Assembly: GCF_009914755.1 (NCBI RefSeq)
Contig: NC_060939.1
From: the human T2T-CHM13v2.0 reference genome, Homo sapiens
DNA: 64,000 bases
Reading direction: 5' to 3' (one strand)
The translations under genes were made by a program, and so were the position numbers. The notes below the pieces were generated by a model that was given only the letters and a program-made list of their open reading frames with translations, did no database searches and had not been told where the DNA came from. Below, one piece after another: positions 41,411 to 55,100 of the stretch (position 1 is the stretch's first letter; the number at the start of each line of letters is the position of its first letter).

Positions 41411-44400
41411 GCATTGGATTCCCTTCCATTGGACTCCTTTCCATTCGAGTGCATTCCATTCCGTTCCATTTCTTTCCGTTCTGTACGATTCCTACCGTTC
41501 GATTTCATTTTGTTCCAGTCCATTCCTTTCGCGTCCATTCCATTCCATTTCACTCCATTCGATTCCATTCCACTCGATTCCACTTCGTTCCATTTCATTG
41601 CATTCCATTCTATTCAACTCTATTGCCTTCCATTCCATTCCATTCGATTACATTCCATGCGATTCCATTCGAAATCGAATCAATTACATTGCAATCCATT
41701 ACTATTGAGTCCGTTTTATTCCAGTCCACTGCATTCTGGTCCATTCCATTTGATTCCATTCCATTCTATTCCATTACATACAGTTGCATTCCTTTGGATT
41801 CCATGCTATATCTATAAATTCAATTCGAGACCATTGCTTTTGAGTCCATTCTATATGATTCCATTCCATTCAAGTCCATTACATTTGGTTCAATTCCATT
41901 CCATTCCAGTTGATATCAATCCATTCGATTCCATTCCATTCGAGCACATTCCATTCGAGTCCATTCCATTCGATGCCATTCCATTTGATTCTATTCCATT
42001 AGTCTCCATTCAATTCCATTCATCTCCATTCCATTCCATTCTACTCTAACTGATTCCATTCCATTCTATTCCTTTCCATTCCATTTCATTCCATTCCATT
42101 CCATTTCATTCCATTCCATTCCATTCGTGTCCATTCCTCTCCAGTCCATTCCATTCGTGTCCATTCCATTCCAGTCCATTCCATTTGTGTCCACTGCATT
42201 CCATTCCACTCCATTCCATATTATTCCATTACACTCCATTCCATTCTATTACTTTCATTTCCATTCAATTCCATTCCATTTGATTCCATTCCACTCGGTT
42301 TCATTCCATTTGAGTCCACTCCATTCCATTCCATTCCATTCCATTCTGTTCCATTCCATTCCGTTCCATTACATTCCATTCCATTCGGTACCATTCCATA
42401 TTGTTCCATTCGATTCCATTCGAATCCATTCCATTCCAGTCCATTCCATTCGATTCCATTCCATTCCTTTCAATTCCATTCCATTCCATTCCATTCTACT
42501 TGATTCCACTCCATTCCCTTCCACTGCGTTCCATTCGATTCCATTCCATTGCATTGCATTCCATTCCATCGGATTGCATTCCATTCGATTCCATTCCATT
42601 CGAATCAATTACATAGCAATCCATTACATTCGAGTCTATTCTATTCCGTTCCATTCGATTTCGTTCCAATCCATTCGATTCCATTCCATTCGATTCCATT
42701 CCATACTATTGCATTCCATTCGATTACATTATATTCGAATAAGTTCCATTCAAGACCATTTCTTTTGAGTCCATTCTATTTGAGTCCATTCCCTTTGATT
42801 CCATAACATTTGAGTCCATTCAATTCCATTCCTTTCGTTTCCATTCCATTTGATGCCATTCCATTCAATTCTGTTCTACTCGACTCCAATACATTCAATT
42901 CCATTCCATCCGATTCCATTACATTCTTTTCATTTCTTATCCATTTCAAGCCATTCCACTCCATTCCATTCCACTCGTTTCCTTTCCATTCGAGTCCATT
43001 CCTCTCCAGTCCATTCCGTTCAATCCATTCCATTCCAGTCCATTCCATTCAAGTCCGATCCATTCCAGTCCATTCCATTCGAGTCAATTCCATTCCATTC
43101 GATGTCTTTCCATAACGATCCATTCCATTCTATTCCTTTCGATTCCATTCCATTCTATTTCATTCCATTCGATTCCCTTCCATTGGACTCCTTTCCATTC
43201 GAGTGCATTCCATTCCTTTCCATTTCTTTCCGTTCTGTACGATTCCTACCGTTCGATTTCATTTTGTTCCAGTCCATTCCTTTCGCGTCCATTCCATTCC
43301 ATTTCACTCCATTCGATTCCATTCCACTCGATTCCACTTCGTTCCATTTCATTGCATTCCATTCTATTCAACTCTATTGCCTTCCATTCCATTCCATTCG
43401 ATTACATTCCATGCGATTCCATTCGAAATCGAATCAATTACATTGCAATCCATTACTATTGAGTCCGTTTTATTCCAGTCCACTGCATTCTGGTCCATTC
43501 CATTTGATTCCATTCCATTCTATTCCATTCCATACAGTTGCATTCCATTGGATTCCATGCTATATCTATAAATTCAATTCGAGACCATTGCTTTTGAGTC
43601 CATTCTATATGATTCCATTCCATTCAAGTCCATTACATTTGGTTCAATTCCATTCCATTCCATTCCCTTCCATTCCATTCCAGTTGATATCAATCCATTC
43701 GATTCCATTCCATTCGAGCACATTCCATTCGAGTCCATTCCATTCGATGCCATTCCATTTGATTCTATTCCATTAGTCTCCATTCAATTCCATTAATCTC
43801 CATTCCATTCCATTCTACTCCAACTGATTCCATTCCATTCTATTCCTTTCCATTCCATTTCATTCCATTCCATTCCATTTCATTCCATTCCATTCCATTC
43901 GTGTCCATTCCACTCCAGTCCATTCCATTCGTGTCCATTCCATTCCAGTCCATTCCATTTGTGTCCACTGCATTCCATTCCACTCCATTCCATATTATTC
44001 CATTACACTCCATTCCATTCTATTACTTTCATTTCCATTCAATTCCATTCCATTTGATTCCATTCCACTCGGTTTCATTCCATTTGAGTCCACTCCATTC
44101 CATTCCATTCCATTCCATTCAGTTCCATTCCATTCTGTTCCATTCCATTCCGTTCCATTACATTCCATTCCACTCGGTACCATTCCATATTGTTCCATTC
44201 GATTCCATTCGAATCCATTCCATTCCAGTCCATTCCATTCGATTCCATTCCATTCATTTCAATTCCATTCCATTCCATTCCATTACATTCCACTTGATTC
44301 CTCTCCATTCCCTTCCACTGCATTCCGTTCGATTCCATTCCATTGCATTGCATTCCATTCCATTGGATTGCATTCCATTCGATTCCATTCCATTCGAATC

Positions 44401-45900
44401 AATTACATAGCAATCCATTACATTCGAGTCTATTCTCTTCCATTCCATTCGATTTCGTTCCAATCCATTCGATTCCATTCCATTCGATTCCATTCCATAC
44501 TATTGCATTCCATTCGATTACATTATATTCGAATAAGTTCCATTCAAGACCATTTCTTTTGAGTCCATTCTATTTGAGTCCATTCCCTTTGATTCCATAA
44601 CATTTGAGTCCATTCAATTCCATTCCTTTCGTTTCCATTCCATTTGATGCCATTCCATTCAATTCTGTTCTACTCGACTCCAATACATTCAATTCCATTC
44701 CATCCGATTCCATTACATTCTTTTCATTTCTTATCCATTTCAAGCCATTCCACTCCATTCCATTCCACTCGTTTCCTTTCCATTCGAGTCCATTCCTCTC
44801 CAGTCCATTCCGTTCAATCCATTCCATTCCAGTCCATTCCATTCGAGTCCGTTCCATTCCAGTCCATTCCATTCGAGTCAATTCCATTCCATTCGATGTC
44901 TTTCCATAACGATCCATTCCATTCTATTCCTTTCGATTCCATTCCATTCTATTTCATTGCATTCGATTCCCTTCCATTGGACTCCTTTCCATTCGAGTGC
45001 ATTCCATTCCGTTCCATTTCTTTCCGTTCTGTACGATTCCTACCGTTCGATTTCATTTTGTTCCAGTCCATTCCTTTCGCGTCCATTCCATTCCATTTCA
45101 CTCCATTCGATTCCATTCCACTCGATTCCACTTCGTTCCATTTCATTGCATTCCATTCTATTCAACTCTATTGCCTTCCATTCCATTCCATTCGATTACA
45201 TTCCATGCGATTCCATTCGAAATCGAATCAATTACATTGCAATCCATTACTATTGAGTCCGTTTTATTCCAGTCCACTGCATTCTGGTCCATTCCATTTG
45301 ATTCCATTCCATTCTATTCCATTCCATACAGTTGCATTCCTTTGGATTCCATGCTATATATATAAATTAAATTCGAGACCATTGCTTTTGAGTCCATTCT
45401 ATATGATTCCATTCCATTCAAGTCCATTACCTTTGGTTCAATTCCATTCCATTCTAGTTGATATCAATCCATTCGATTCCATTCCATTCGAGCACATTCC
45501 ATTCGAGTCCATTCCATTCGATGCCATTCCATTTGATTCTATTCCATTAGTCTCCATTCAATTCCATTAATCTCCATTCCATTCCATTCTACTCTAACTG
45601 ATTCCATTCCATTCTATTCCTTTCCATTCCATTTCATTCCATTCCATTCCATTTCATTCCATTCCATTCCATTCGTGTCCATTCCTCTCCAGTCCATTCC
45701 ATTCGTGTCCATTCCATTCCAGTCCATTCCATTTGTGTCCACTGCATTCCATTCCACTCCATTCCATATTATTCCATTACACTCCATTCCATTCTATTAC
45801 TTTCATTTCCATTCAATTCCATTCCATTTGATTCCATTCCACTCGGTTTCATTCCATTTGAGTCCACTCCATTCCATTCCATTCCATTCCATTCTGTTCC
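41411..45900 (+). repeat. Duplicated ~1 kb block at 2-unit offset (3548 bp): ~41400-42350 and ~44950-45900
   Basis: Shared cattgcatt (g at 41411/44959), cctttgg 41791/45339, the 20-bp deletion before agttgatatc, ctctaac 42044/45592, cctctcc 42136/45684, and loss of the cagttcc-containing 15-mer. Confidence 0.8.
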
Positions 45901-46039
45901 ATTCCATTCCGTTCCATTACATTCCATTCCATTCGGTACCATTCCATAGTGTTCCATTCGATTCCATTCGAATCCATTCCATTCCAGTCCATTCCATTCG
46001 ATTCCATTTCATTCATTTCAATTCCATTCCATTCCATTC

Positions 46040-49000
46040 CATTACATTCCACTTGATTCCTCTCCATTCCCTTCCACTGCATTCCGTTCGATTCCATTCC
46101 ATTGCATTGCATTCCATTCCATTGGATTGCATTCCATTCGATTCCATTCCATTCGAATCAATTACATAGCAATCCATTACATTCGAGTCTATTCTATTCC
46201 GTTCCATTCGATTTCGTTCCAATCCATTCGATTCCATTCCATTCGATTCCATTCCATACTATTGCATTCCATTCGATTACATTATATTCGAATAAGTTCC
46301 ATTCAAGACCATTTCTTTTGAGTCCATTCTATTTGAGTCCATTCCCTTTGATTCCATAACATTTGAGTCCATTCAATTCCATTCCTTTCGTTTCCATTCC
46401 ATTTGATGCCATTCCATTCAATTCTGTTCTACTCGACTCCAATACATTCAATTCCATTCCATCCGATTCCATTACATTCTTTTCATTTCTTATCCATTTC
46501 AAGCCATTCCACTCCATTCCATTCCACTCGTTTCCTTTCCATTCGAGTCCATTCCTCTCCAGTCCATTCCGTTCAATCCATTCCATTCCAGTCCATTCCA
46601 TTCGAGTCCGTTCCATTCCAGTCCATTCCATTCGAGTCAATTCCATTCCATTCGATGTCTTTCCATAACGATCCATTCCATTCTATTCCTTTCGATTCCA
46701 TTCCATTCTATTTCATTCCATTCGATTCCCTTCCATTGGAATCCTTTCCATTCGAGTGCATTCCATTCCGTTCCATTTCTTACCGTTCTGTACGATTCCT
46801 ACCGTTCGATTTCATTTTGTTCCAGTCCATTATTTTCGCGTCCATTCCATTCCATTTCACTCCATTCGATTCCATTCCACTCGATTCCACTTCGTTCCAT
46901 TTCATTGCATTCCATTCTATTCAACTCTATTGCCTTCCATTCCATTCCATTCGATTACATTCCATGCGATTCCATTCGAAATCGAATCAATTACATTGCA
47001 ATCCATTACTATTGAGTCCATTTTATTCCAGTCCACTGCATTCTGGTCCATTCCATTTGATTCCATTCCATTCTATTGCATTCCATACAGTTGCATTCCA
47101 TTGGATTCCATTCTATATCTATAAATTCAATTCGAGACCATTGCTTTTGAATCCATTCTATATGATTCCATTCCATTCAAGTCCATTACATTTGGTTCAA
47201 TTCCATTCCATTCCAGTTGATATCAATCCATTCGATTCCATTCCGTTCGAGCACATTCCATTCGAGTCCATTCCATTCGATGCCATTCCATTTGATTCTA
47301 TGCCATTAGTCTCCATTCAATTCCATTAATCTCCATTCCATTCCATTCTACTCCAACTGATTCCATTCCATTCTATTCCTTTCCATTCCATTTCTTTCCA
47401 TTCCATTCCATTTCATTCCATTCCATTCCATTCGTGTCCATTCCACTCCAGTCCATTCCATTCGTGTCCATTCCATTCCAGTCCATTCCATTTGTGTCCA
47501 CTGCATTCCATTCCACTCCATTCCATATTATTCCATTACACTCCATTCCATTCTATTACTTTCATTTCCATTCAATTCCATTCCGTTTGATTCCATTCCA
47601 CTCGGTTTCATTCCATTTGAGTCCACTCCATTCCATTCCATTCCATTCCATTCCATTCAGTTCCATTCCATTCTGTTCCATTCCATTCCGTTCCATTACA
47701 TTCCATTCCATTCGGTACCATTCCATATTGTTCCATTCGATTCCATTCGAATCCATTCCATTCCAGTCCATTCCATTCGATTCCATTCCATTCATTTCAA
47801 TTCCATTCCATTCCATTCCATTCCATTCCACTTGATTCCTCTCCATTCCCTTCCACTGCCTTCCGTTCGATTCCATTCCATTGCATTGCATTCCATTCCA
47901 TTGGATTGCATTCCATTCGATTCCATTCCATTCGAATCAATTACATAGCAATCCATTACATTCGAGTCTATTCTATTCCGTTCCATTCGATTTCGTTCCA
48001 ATCCATTCGATTCCATTCCATTCGACTCCATTCCATACTATTGCATTCCATTCTATTACATTATATTCGAATAAGTTCCATTCAAGACCATTTCTTTTGA
48101 GTCCATTCTATTTGAGTCCATTCCCTTTGATTCCATAACATTTGAGTCCATTCAATTCCATTCCTTTCGTTCCCATTCCATTTGATGCCATTCCATTCAA
48201 TTCTGTTCTACTCGACTCCAATACATTCAATTCCATTCCATCCGATTCCATTACATTCTTTTCATTTCTTATCCATTTCAAGCCATTCCACTCCATTCCA
48301 TTCCACTCGTTTCCTTTCCATTCGAGTCCATTCCTCTCCAGTCCATTCCGTTCAATCCATTCCATTCCATTCCATTCCATTCGAGTCCGTTCCATTCCAG
48401 TCCACTCCATTCGAGTCAATTCCATCCCATTCGATGTCTTTCCATAACGATCCATTCCATTCTTTTCCTTTCGATTCCATTCCATTCTATTTCATTCCAT
48501 TCGATTCCCTTCCATTGGACTCCTTTCCATTCGAGTGCATTCCATTCCGTTCCATTTCTTACCGTTCTGTACGATTCCTACCGTTCGATTTCATTTTGTT
48601 CCAGTCCATTCCTTTCGCGTCCATTCCATTCCATTTCACTCCATTCGATTCCATTCCACTCGATTCCACTTCGTTCCATTTCATTGCATTCCATTCTATT
48701 CAACTCTATTGCCTTCCATTCCATTCCATTCGATTACATTCCATGCGATTCCATTCGAAATCGAATCAATTACATTGCAATCCATTACTATTGAGTCCAT
48801 TTTATTCCAGTCCACTGCATTCTGGTCCATTCCATTTGATTCCATTCCATTCTATTCCATTCCATACAGTTGCATTCCATTGGATTCCATTCTATATCTA
48901 TAAATTCAATTCGAGACCATTGCTTTTGAATCCATTCTATATGATTCCATTCCATTCAAGTCCATTACATTTGGTTCAATTCCATTCCATTCCATTCCCT

Positions 49001-52000
49001 TCCATTCCATTCCAGTTGATATCAATCCATTCGATTCCATTCCATTCGAGCACATTCCATTCGAGTCCATTCCATTCGATGCCATTCCATTTGATTCTAT
49101 TCCATTAGTCTCCATTCAATTCCATTAATCTCCATTCCATTCCATTCTACTCCAACTGATTCCATTCCATTCTATTCCTTTCCATTCCATTTCATTCCAT
49201 TCCATTCCATTTCATTCCATTCCATTCCATTCGCTTCCATTCCATTCGTGTCCATTCCACTCCAGTCCATTCCATTCGTGTCCATTCCATTCCAGTCCAT
49301 TCCATTTGTGTCCACTGCATTCCATTCCACTCCATTCCATATTATTCCATTACACTCCATTCCAATCTATTACTTTCATTTCCATTCAATTCCATTCCAT
49401 TTGATTCCATTCCACTCGGTTTCATTCCATTTGAGTCCACTCCAATCCATTCCATTCCATTCCATTCCATTCCATTCAGTTCCATTCCATTCTGTTCCAT
49501 TCCATTCCGTTCCATTGCATTCCATTCCATTCGGTACCATTCCATATTTTTCCATTCGATTCCATTCGAATCCATTCCATTCCAGTCCATTCCATTCGAT
49601 TCCATTCCATTCCTTTCAATTCCATTCCATTCCATTCCATTACATTCCACTTGATTCCTCTCCATTCCCTTCCACTGCATTCCGTTCGATTCCATTCCAT
49701 TGCATTGCATTCCATTCCATTGGATTGCATTCCATTCGATTCCATTCCATTCGAATCAATTACATAGCAATCCATTACATTCGAGTCTATTCTATTCCGT
49801 TCCATTCGATTTCGTTCCAATCCATTCGATTCCATTCCATTCGATTCCATTCCATACTATTGCATTCCATTCGATTACATTATATTCGAATAAGTTCCAT
49901 TCAAGACCATTTCTTTTGAGTCCATTCTATTTGAGTCCATTCCCTTTGATTCCATAACATTTGAGTCCATTCAATTCCATTCCTTTCGTTTCCATTCCAT
50001 TTGATGCCATTCCATTCAATTCTGTTCTACTCGACTCCAATACATTCAATTCCATTCCATCCGATTCCATTACATTCTTTTCATTTCTTATCCATTTCAA
50101 GCCATTCCACTCCATTCCATTCCACTCGTTTCCTTTCCATTCGAGTCCATTCCTCTCCAGTCCATTCCGTTCAATCCATTCCATTCCAGTCCATTCCATT
50201 CGAGTCCGTTCCATTCCAGTCCATTCCATTCGAGTCAATTCCATTCCATTCGATGTCTTTCCATAACGATCCATTCCATTCTATTCCTTTCGATTCCATT
50301 CCATTCTATTTCATTCCATTCGATTCCCTTCCATTGGAATCCTTTCCATTCGAGTGCATTCCATTCCGTTCCATTTCTTACCGTTCTGTACGATTCCTAC
50401 CGTTCGATTTCATTTTGTTCCAGTCCATTATTTTCGCGTCCATTCCATTCCATTTCACTCCATTCGATTCCATTCCACTCGATTCCACTTCGTTCCATTT
50501 CATTGCATTCCATTCTATTCAACTCTATTGCCTTCCATTCCATTCCATTCGATTACATTCCATGCGATTCCATTCGAAATCGAATCAATTACATTGCAAT
50601 CCATTACTATTGAGTCCATTTTATTCCAGTCCACTGCATTCTGGTCCATTCCATTTGATTCCATTCCATTCTATTGCATTCCATACAGTTGCATTCCATT
50701 GGATTCCATTCTATATCTATAAATTCAATTCGAGACCATTGCTTTTGAATCCATTCTATATGATTCCATTCCATTCAAGTCCATTACATTTGGTTCAATT
50801 CCATTCCATTCCAGTTGATATCAATCCATTCGATTCCATTCCGTTCGAGCACATTCCATTCGAGTCCATTCCATTCGATGCCATTCCATTTGATTCTATG
50901 CCATTAGTCTCCATTCAATTCCATTAATCTCCATTCCATTCCATTCTACTCCAACTGATTCCATTCCATTCTATTCCTTTCCATTCCATTTCATTCCATT
51001 CCATTCCATTTCATTCCATTCCATTCCATTCGTGTCCATTCCACTCCAGTCCATTCCATTCGTGTCCATTCCATTCCAGTCCATTCCATTTGTGTCCACT
51101 GCATTCCATTCCACTCCATTCCATATTATTCCATTACACTCCATTCCATTCTATTACTTTCATTTCCATTCAATTCCATTCCGTTTGATTCCATTCCACT
51201 CGGTTTCATTCCATTTGAGTCCACTCCATTCCATTCCATTCCATTCCATTCCATTCAGTTCCATTCCATTCTGTTCCATTCCATTCCGTTCCATTACATT
51301 CCATTCCATTCGGTACCATTCCATATTGTTCCATTCGATTCCATTCGAATCCATTCCATTCCAGTCCATTCCATTCGATTCCATTCCATTCATTTCAATT
51401 CCATTCCATTCCATTCCATTCCATTCCACTTGATTCCTCTCCATTCCCTTCCACTGCCTTCCGTTCGATTCCATTCCATTGCATTGCATTCCATTCCATT
51501 GGATTGCATTCCATTCGATTCCATTCCATTCGAATCAATTACATAGCAATCCATTACATTCGAGTCTATTCTATTCCGTTCCATTCGATTTCGTTCCAAT
51601 CCATTCGATTCCATTCCATTCGACTCCATTCCATACTATTGCATTCCATTCTATTACATTATATTCGAATAAGTTCCATTCAAGACCATTTCTTTTGAGT
51701 CCATTCTATTTGAGTCCATTCCCTTTGATTCCATAACATTTGAGTCCATTCAATTCCATTCCTTTCGTTCCCATTCCATTTGATGCCATTCCATTCAATT
51801 CTGTTCTACTCGACTCCAATACATTCAATTCCATTACATCCGATTCCATTACATTCTTTTCATTTCTTATCCATTTCAAGCCATTCCACTCCATTCCATT
51901 CCACTTGTTTCCTTTCCATTCGAGTCCATTCCTCTCCAGTCCATTCCGTTCAATCCATTCCATTCCATTCCATTCCATTCGAGTCCGTTCCATTCCAGTC

Positions 52001-52160
52001 CACTCCATTCGAGTCAATTCCATCCCATTCGATGTCTTTCCATAACGATCCATTCCATTCTTTTCCTTTCGATTCCATTCCATTCTATTTCATTCCATTC
52101 GATTCCCTTCCATTGGACTCCTTTCCATTCGAGTGCATTCCATTCCGTTCCATTTCTTAC
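46040..52160 (+). repeat. Recent 2-unit (3598 bp offset) duplication: ~46040-48560 and ~49640-52160
   Basis: ggaatcc 46738/50336, tattttcgcg 46831/50429, ctattgca 47073/50671, ccgttcgagc 47243/50841, ctatgcc 47298/50896, ccgtttga 47583/51181, ctgccttccg 47856/51454, cgactcc 48023/51621, tcttttcc 48461/52059. Confidence 0.92.
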
Positions 52161-55100
52161 CGTTCTGTTCGATTCCAACAGTTTGATTTCATTTTGTTCC
52201 AGTCCATTCCTTTCGCGTCCATTCCATTCCATTTCACTCCATTCGATTCCATTCCACTCGATTCCACTTCGTTCCATTTCATTGCATTCCATTCCATTCA
52301 ACTCTATTGCCTTCCATTCCATTCCATTCGATTACATTCCATGCGATTCCATTCGAAATCGAATCAATTACATTGCAATCCATTACTATTGAGTCCGTTT
52401 TATTCCAGTCCACTGCATTCTGGTCCATTCCATTTGATTCCATTCCATTCTATTCCATTCCATACAGTTGCATTCCATTGGATTCCATTCTATATCTATA
52501 AATTCAATTCGAGACCATTGCTTTTGAATCCATTCTATATGATTCCATTCCATTCAAGTCCATTACATTTGGTTCAATTCCATTCCATTCCATTCCCTTC
52601 CATTCCATTCCAGTTGATATCAATCCATTCGATTCCATTCCATTCGAGCACATTCCATTCGAGTCCATTCCATTCGATGCCACTCCATTTGATTCTATTC
52701 CATTAGTCTCCATTCAATTCCATTAATCTCCATTCCATTCCATTCTACTCCAACTGATTCCATTCCATTCTATTCCTTTCCATTCCATTTCATTCCATTC
52801 CATTCCATTCCATTCCATTCCATTCGCTTCCATTCCATTCGTGTCCATTCCACTCCAGTCCATTCCATTCGTATCCATTCCATTCCAGTCCATTCCATTT
52901 GTGTCCACTGCATTCCATTCCACTCCATTCCGTATTATTCCATTACACTCCATTCCATTCTATTACTTTCATTTCCATTCAATTCCGTTCCATTTGATTC
53001 CATTCCACTCGGTTTCATTCCATTTGAGTCCACTCCATTCCATTCCATTCCATTCCATTCAGTTCCATTCCATTCTGTTCCATTCCATTCCGTTCCATTG
53101 CATTCCATTCCATTCGGTACCATTCCATATTGTTCCATTCGATTCCATTCGAATCCATTCCATTCCAGTCCATTCCATTCGATTCCATTCCATTCCTTTC
53201 AATTCCATTCCATTCCATTCCATTCCACTTGATTCCACTCCATTCCCTTCCACTGCATTCCATTCGATTCCATTACATTGCATTGCATTCCATTCCATTG
53301 GACTGCATTCCATTCGATTCCATTCCATTCGAATCAATTACATAGCAATCCATTACATTCGGGTCTATTCTATTCCGTTCCATTCGATTTCATTCCAATC
53401 CATTCGATTCCATTCCATACTATTGCATTCCATTCTATTACATTATATTCGAATAAGTTCCATTCAAGACCATTTCTTTTGAGTCCATTCTATTTGAGTC
53501 CATTCCCTTTGATTCCATAACATTTGAGTCCATTCAATTCCATTCCTTTCGTTTGCATTCCATTTGATGCCATTCCATTCAATTCTGTTCTACTCGACTC
53601 CAATACATTCAATTCCATTCCATCCGATTCCATTACATTCTTTTCATTTCTTATCCATTTCAAGCCATTCCACTCCATTCCATTCCACTCGTTTCCTTTC
53701 CATTCGAGTCCATTCCTCTCCAGTCCATTGCGTTCAATCCATTCCATTCCAGTCCATTCCATTCGAGTCCGTTCCATTCCAGTCCATTCCATTCGAGTCA
53801 ATTCCATTCCATTCGATGTCTTTCCATAACGATCCATTCCATTCTATTCCTTTCGATTCCATTCCATTCTATTTCATTCCATTCGATTCCCTTCCATTGG
53901 ACTCCTTTCCATTCGAGTGCATTCCATTCCGTTCCATTTCTTTCCGTTCTGTACGATTCCTACCGTTCGATTTCATTTTGTTCCAGTCCATTCCTTTCGC
54001 GTCCATTCCATTCCATTTCACTCCATTCGATTCCATTCCACTCGATTCCACTTCGTTCCATTTCATTGCATTCCATTCTATTCAACTCTATTGCCTTCCA
54101 TTCCATTCCATTCGATTACATTCCATGCGATTCCATTCGAAATCGAATCAATTACATAGCAATCCATTACTATTGAGTCCGTTTTATTCCAGTCCACTGA
54201 ATTCTGGTCCATTCCATTTGATTCCATTCCATTCTATTCCATTCCATACAGTTGCATTCCATTGGATTCCATTCTATATCTATAAATTCAATTCGAGACC
54301 ATTGCTTTTGAATCCATTCCATATGATTCCATTCCATTCAAGTCCATTACATTTGGTTCAATTCCATTCCATTCCATTCCCTTCCATTCCATTCCAGTTG
54401 ATATCAATCCATTCGATTCCATTCCATTCGAGCACATTCCATTTGAGTCCATTCCATTCGATGCCATTCCATTTGATTCTATTCCATTAGTCTCCATTCA
54501 ATTCCATTAATCTCCATTCCATTCCATTCTACTCCAACTGATTCCATTCCATTCTATTCCTTTCCATTCCATTTCATTCCATTCCATTCCATTCGCTTCC
54601 ATTCCATTCGTGTCCATTCCACTCCAGTCCATTCCATTCGTGTCCATTCCATTCCAGTCCATTCCATTTGTGTCCACTGCATTCCATTCCACTCCATTCC
54701 ATATTATTCCATTACACTCCATTCCATTCTATTACTTTCATTTCCATTCAATTCCATTCCATTTGATTCCATTCCACTCGGTTTCATTCCATTTGAGTCC
54801 ACTCCATTGCATTCCATTCCATTCCATTCAGTTCCATTCCATTCTGTTCCATTCCATTCCGTTCCATTGCATTCCATTCCATTCGGTACCATTCCATATT
54901 GTTCCATTCGATTCCATTCGAATCCATTCCATTCCAGTCCATTCCATTCGATTCCATTCCATTCCTTTCAATTCCATTCCATTCCATTCCATTCCACTTG
55001 ATTCCTCTCCATTCCCTTCCACTGCATTCCATTCGATTCCGTTCCATTGCATTGCATTCCATTCCATTGGACTGCATTCCATTCGATTCCATTCCATTCG

